In this document: in pieces, positions 46,863-48,932 of the stretch
Layout: the number at the start of each line of letters is the position of its first letter
Position numbering within the stretch: position 1 is the first letter of the stretch
Translations under genes and position numbers: made by a program
Source: a virus
Lineage: Duplodnaviria; Caudoviricetes
DNA length: 48,932 nt
Strand: one strand, 5' to 3'
Virus record (IMG/VR): IMGVR_UViG_3300025534_000012
Span: 1-48,932 of that record
The notes under the pieces: generated by a model
What the model saw: the letters and a program-made list of their open reading frames with translations, nothing else
Told to the model about the DNA's origin: nothing
Databases searched by the model: none

Positions 46863-48224
46863 CTAAAAATTGAAATGTGAGGATGCCGCTTCGCCTGTCG
46901 GTAGTTCTTTGACGATACCTACTTGCGGAATATACGTCAGCTCGATTTCCGTGCCCTCGCCACCATCGCGGCCTTTGTTCAGCCCGATTAGACCGCGTTT
47001 CTGCTTGTAGTCCGTGTCGACCGCGATAAGTAAATACGCATCTTCGAGTAATTGCTTCGTCTTTTTCACGTCCTCACGAGCCGGCAACTTCACTTCGCGG
47101 AACCCGTCATCGTCTTTCGATTCTTTCGTTTCCTCCGCTTGGGTAATCGCGAATATGACCGTTTTTGTTCGCCCGGCCAATCGTCGCAACTTCATTGAAG
47201 TGGCCGCCGCATCACCGCCAGCCGTCTTGCTCGTATTGCGTTCGTAGTCGAGATAATAAAACGGATCAATCACGACAACGTCCGCTTTAGTGGCGATAAT
47301 GTCCGCTTCCAGCGCTTTTAAATCGCGCTTCATGAAGTCGTCGTCATCGACCGCGCGAACAACGATATTACCGGGCACATAGTCGTTTAACTGGCGTAAA
47401 AACTCACGAAAACTTTGCTCGAAGTCGTCCGCCAGTTTACCGGCCCGCAAATCGCCAGCATCGAAGCCGGCCGCCATATCGACGCCGCCAACGTTGGCTA
47501 CCGTTAGGCCGAGCCGTGCCGATACGCTAACGTAAATCCGCACCATGACCTCGAACCAACCCATCTCCATCGACCAAATCAGCACGTTCGCGCCCTGCAT
47601 CGCGGCCTCAATCGCTTCTTCAAGCGCAATCACCGACTTGCCACGGCCCGACTTCCCGTATATCGTATAAAGGTTAGACGAAACATAGCCGCCGACCGTG
47701 GCGTTGATCTTCGGAAACTTCGATTTATAGACGCGATAAGACTCGCCAGCCTTGCGGCGCTCGTACTCGTCAAGGAACGCGTTGGTGTCGGTTTTGACGT
47801 TGTGACCGACTTTATCTCGAACGTTTGTTCTTATTTTAATCGATTCTAATTCGCGGGTCAATACGTCGATCCACTCGTCCGGCGGCACGTTGCCGAATTT
47901 TTGGCTAACTGCGCTGTCCGGCGAAAATAACGCTTGAATTTTTCGGTTGGCGACGTTCTCAAGAAAACGGCCAGCCAGCCAATCGACTGAATCGCTGACC
48001 GGCACGTAAAGTTCCGTAAACTCCGGTACCTCGGCGCAGACCGTATCGGCACTCGGTAGCCGGCCGTTCTGTTCAGCGTAGTCGCGAATGAACCGAAAGG
48101 CTTGACGTTCGGCTGGCGTTGGGAAATCGTCGTCAACGAGTTGGTACCGCGTGATCGCCGTTGTGTCGTTGGTGTCGCATATTCGCGATAATAATTCGGG
48201 TCCGTAAGACAAAGTTTCGCTCAC
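46863..48224 (-). CDS. DnaB-like replicative helicase
   Basis: GKSGRGKS, SMEM, VVIDPFY, KGRDG. Confidence 0.9.
   Translation of the reverse strand: MSETLSYGPELLSRICDTNDTTAITRYQLVDDDFPTPAERQAFRFIRDYAEQNGRLPSADTVCAEVPEFTELYVPVSDSVDWLAGRFLENVANRKIQALFSPDSAVSQKFGNVPPDEWIDVLTRELESIKIRTNVRDKVGHNVKTDTNAFLDEYERRKAGESYRVYKSKFPKINATVGGYVSSNLYTIYGKSGRGKSVIALEEAIEAAMQGANVLIWSMEMGWFEVMVRIYVSVSARLGLTVANVGGVDMAAGFDAGDLRAGKLADDFEQSFREFLRQLNDYVPGNIVVRAVDDDDFMKRDLKALEADIIATKADVVVIDPFYYLDYERNTSKTAGGDAAATSMKLRRLAGRTKTVIFAITQAEETKESKDDDGFREVKLPAREDVKKTKQLLEDAYLLIAVDTDYKQKRGLIGLNKGRDGGEGTEIELTYIPQVGIVKELPTGEAASSHFNF
47818..47861 (-). promoter_or_regulatory. intragenic sigmaA promoter with an adjacent LexA (SOS) box
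   Basis: TTGACC-17-TAAAAT followed 1 nt later by AGAACAAACGTTCG. Confidence 0.6.
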
Positions 48225-48823
48225 CTCCGTTTGTCGTCCTCACCGTCAGCCCATCCGCCGCTTTCGAAAATGAACCTTTCCAGCCGCATCCGCCCGATAA
48301 TCGCGTTAGCCTCCGCGAGCTCGCCGGCTGCCACAAGCGCGTTATATTCGTCAAGTAATGCGTCCATGCGTTTACCGAACGCCTTTCTGCGCGCCAATTC
48401 GTCACGTTCGCGTTGCCTTGCGGCTGACCCCACCGCCTTTGACGCGTGCTTACCGTTGTTGCCCATCGCCATCACTCCCGCTATTATAGTCGCATTTTGC
48501 GCCGCGCTCCGGCCGCCACTCGCGTCCATACCGTTGTTCGCGATAAATTCATCGGCAAACTCAGCGCGGCAAACCAACCGCAATTCTTCGTCGCCTTGAA
48601 AAACTTCGGCATAATCGTTCCATGTGCCGTCGGCGTAAACGCGCGATAACGAATATTCGATGTCCTCGAACGCTTCGCCTTCGGTCCGTTGCGCGTCAAA
48701 CCGCCAGCCGTCGATGTACCACAGTTCGCCCGCCCAATGGACGAGATCGCCGAGATTGTACTCGCGCTTAACGCCAAGTTGGGCGAACGCAGCTTCGACG
48801 GGGTCCTGCATTTCGTTAGTCAT
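48221..48823 (-). CDS. hypothetical protein with IDEAL-like C-terminus
   Basis: GGAGG RBS; MDALLDEYN motif. Confidence 0.65.
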   Translation of the reverse strand: MTNEMQDPVEAAFAQLGVKREYNLGDLVHWAGELWYIDGWRFDAQRTEGEAFEDIEYSLSRVYADGTWNDYAEVFQGDEELRLVCRAEFADEFIANNGMDASGGRSAAQNATIIAGVMAMGNNGKHASKAVGSAARQRERDELARRKAFGKRMDALLDEYNALVAAGELAEANAIIGRMRLERFIFESGGWADGEDDKRR

Positions 48824-48915
48824 TCGCGATCGCCTCCATTGTCGTCATATTTCGAAAGAAAAGCGTGTAAACGGTGAAGGAGGTACTCTTTTAAGTCGCT
48901 TTTTATATCGCCCAT
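48820..48915 (-). CDS. possible 31-aa ORF
   Basis: AAGGGG RBS; ATGA overlap with the next gene. Confidence 0.35.
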   Translation of the reverse strand: MGDIKSDLKEYLLHRLHAFLSKYDDNGGDRE

Positions 48916-48932
48916 TACCGAATCCCCCTTTT

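Noticed and set aside
1-48932. tRNA, rRNA, integrase and lysis genes
   Set aside because: None were recognised in this window; they may lie outside it.

Overview
About 49 kb of a temperate Bacillaceae-type siphophage or prophage, almost all on the minus strand. Left to right it holds tail and baseplate genes, head and packaging genes, a 1.2 kb non-coding origin/packaging region, methyltransferases and nucleotide metabolism genes (thyX, dut, class II RNR), replication genes (RuvC, PD-(D/E)XK nuclease, PolA, SSB, helicase, primase) and an arbitrium AimR/AimP module. The standout is a phage-encoded, adaptation-less type V-F CRISPR unit at 41189-42745. It has a catalytically intact AsCas12f1-like nuclease, a two-spacer mini-array and a very compact tracrRNA-like scaffold co-transcribed directly upstream of the first repeat. 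The unit lies in the gene run downstream of arbitrium and a sigma-like factor. Also seen: three tiny ORF-less group I introns (major capsid, minor head, nrdJ), free-standing homing-type endonucleases, five genes apparently starting at ATA/ATC, a putative LexA-controlled promoter inside the helicase gene, and a -1 frameshift in the tail chaperone. All family calls come from motif recognition by eye; no searches were run.
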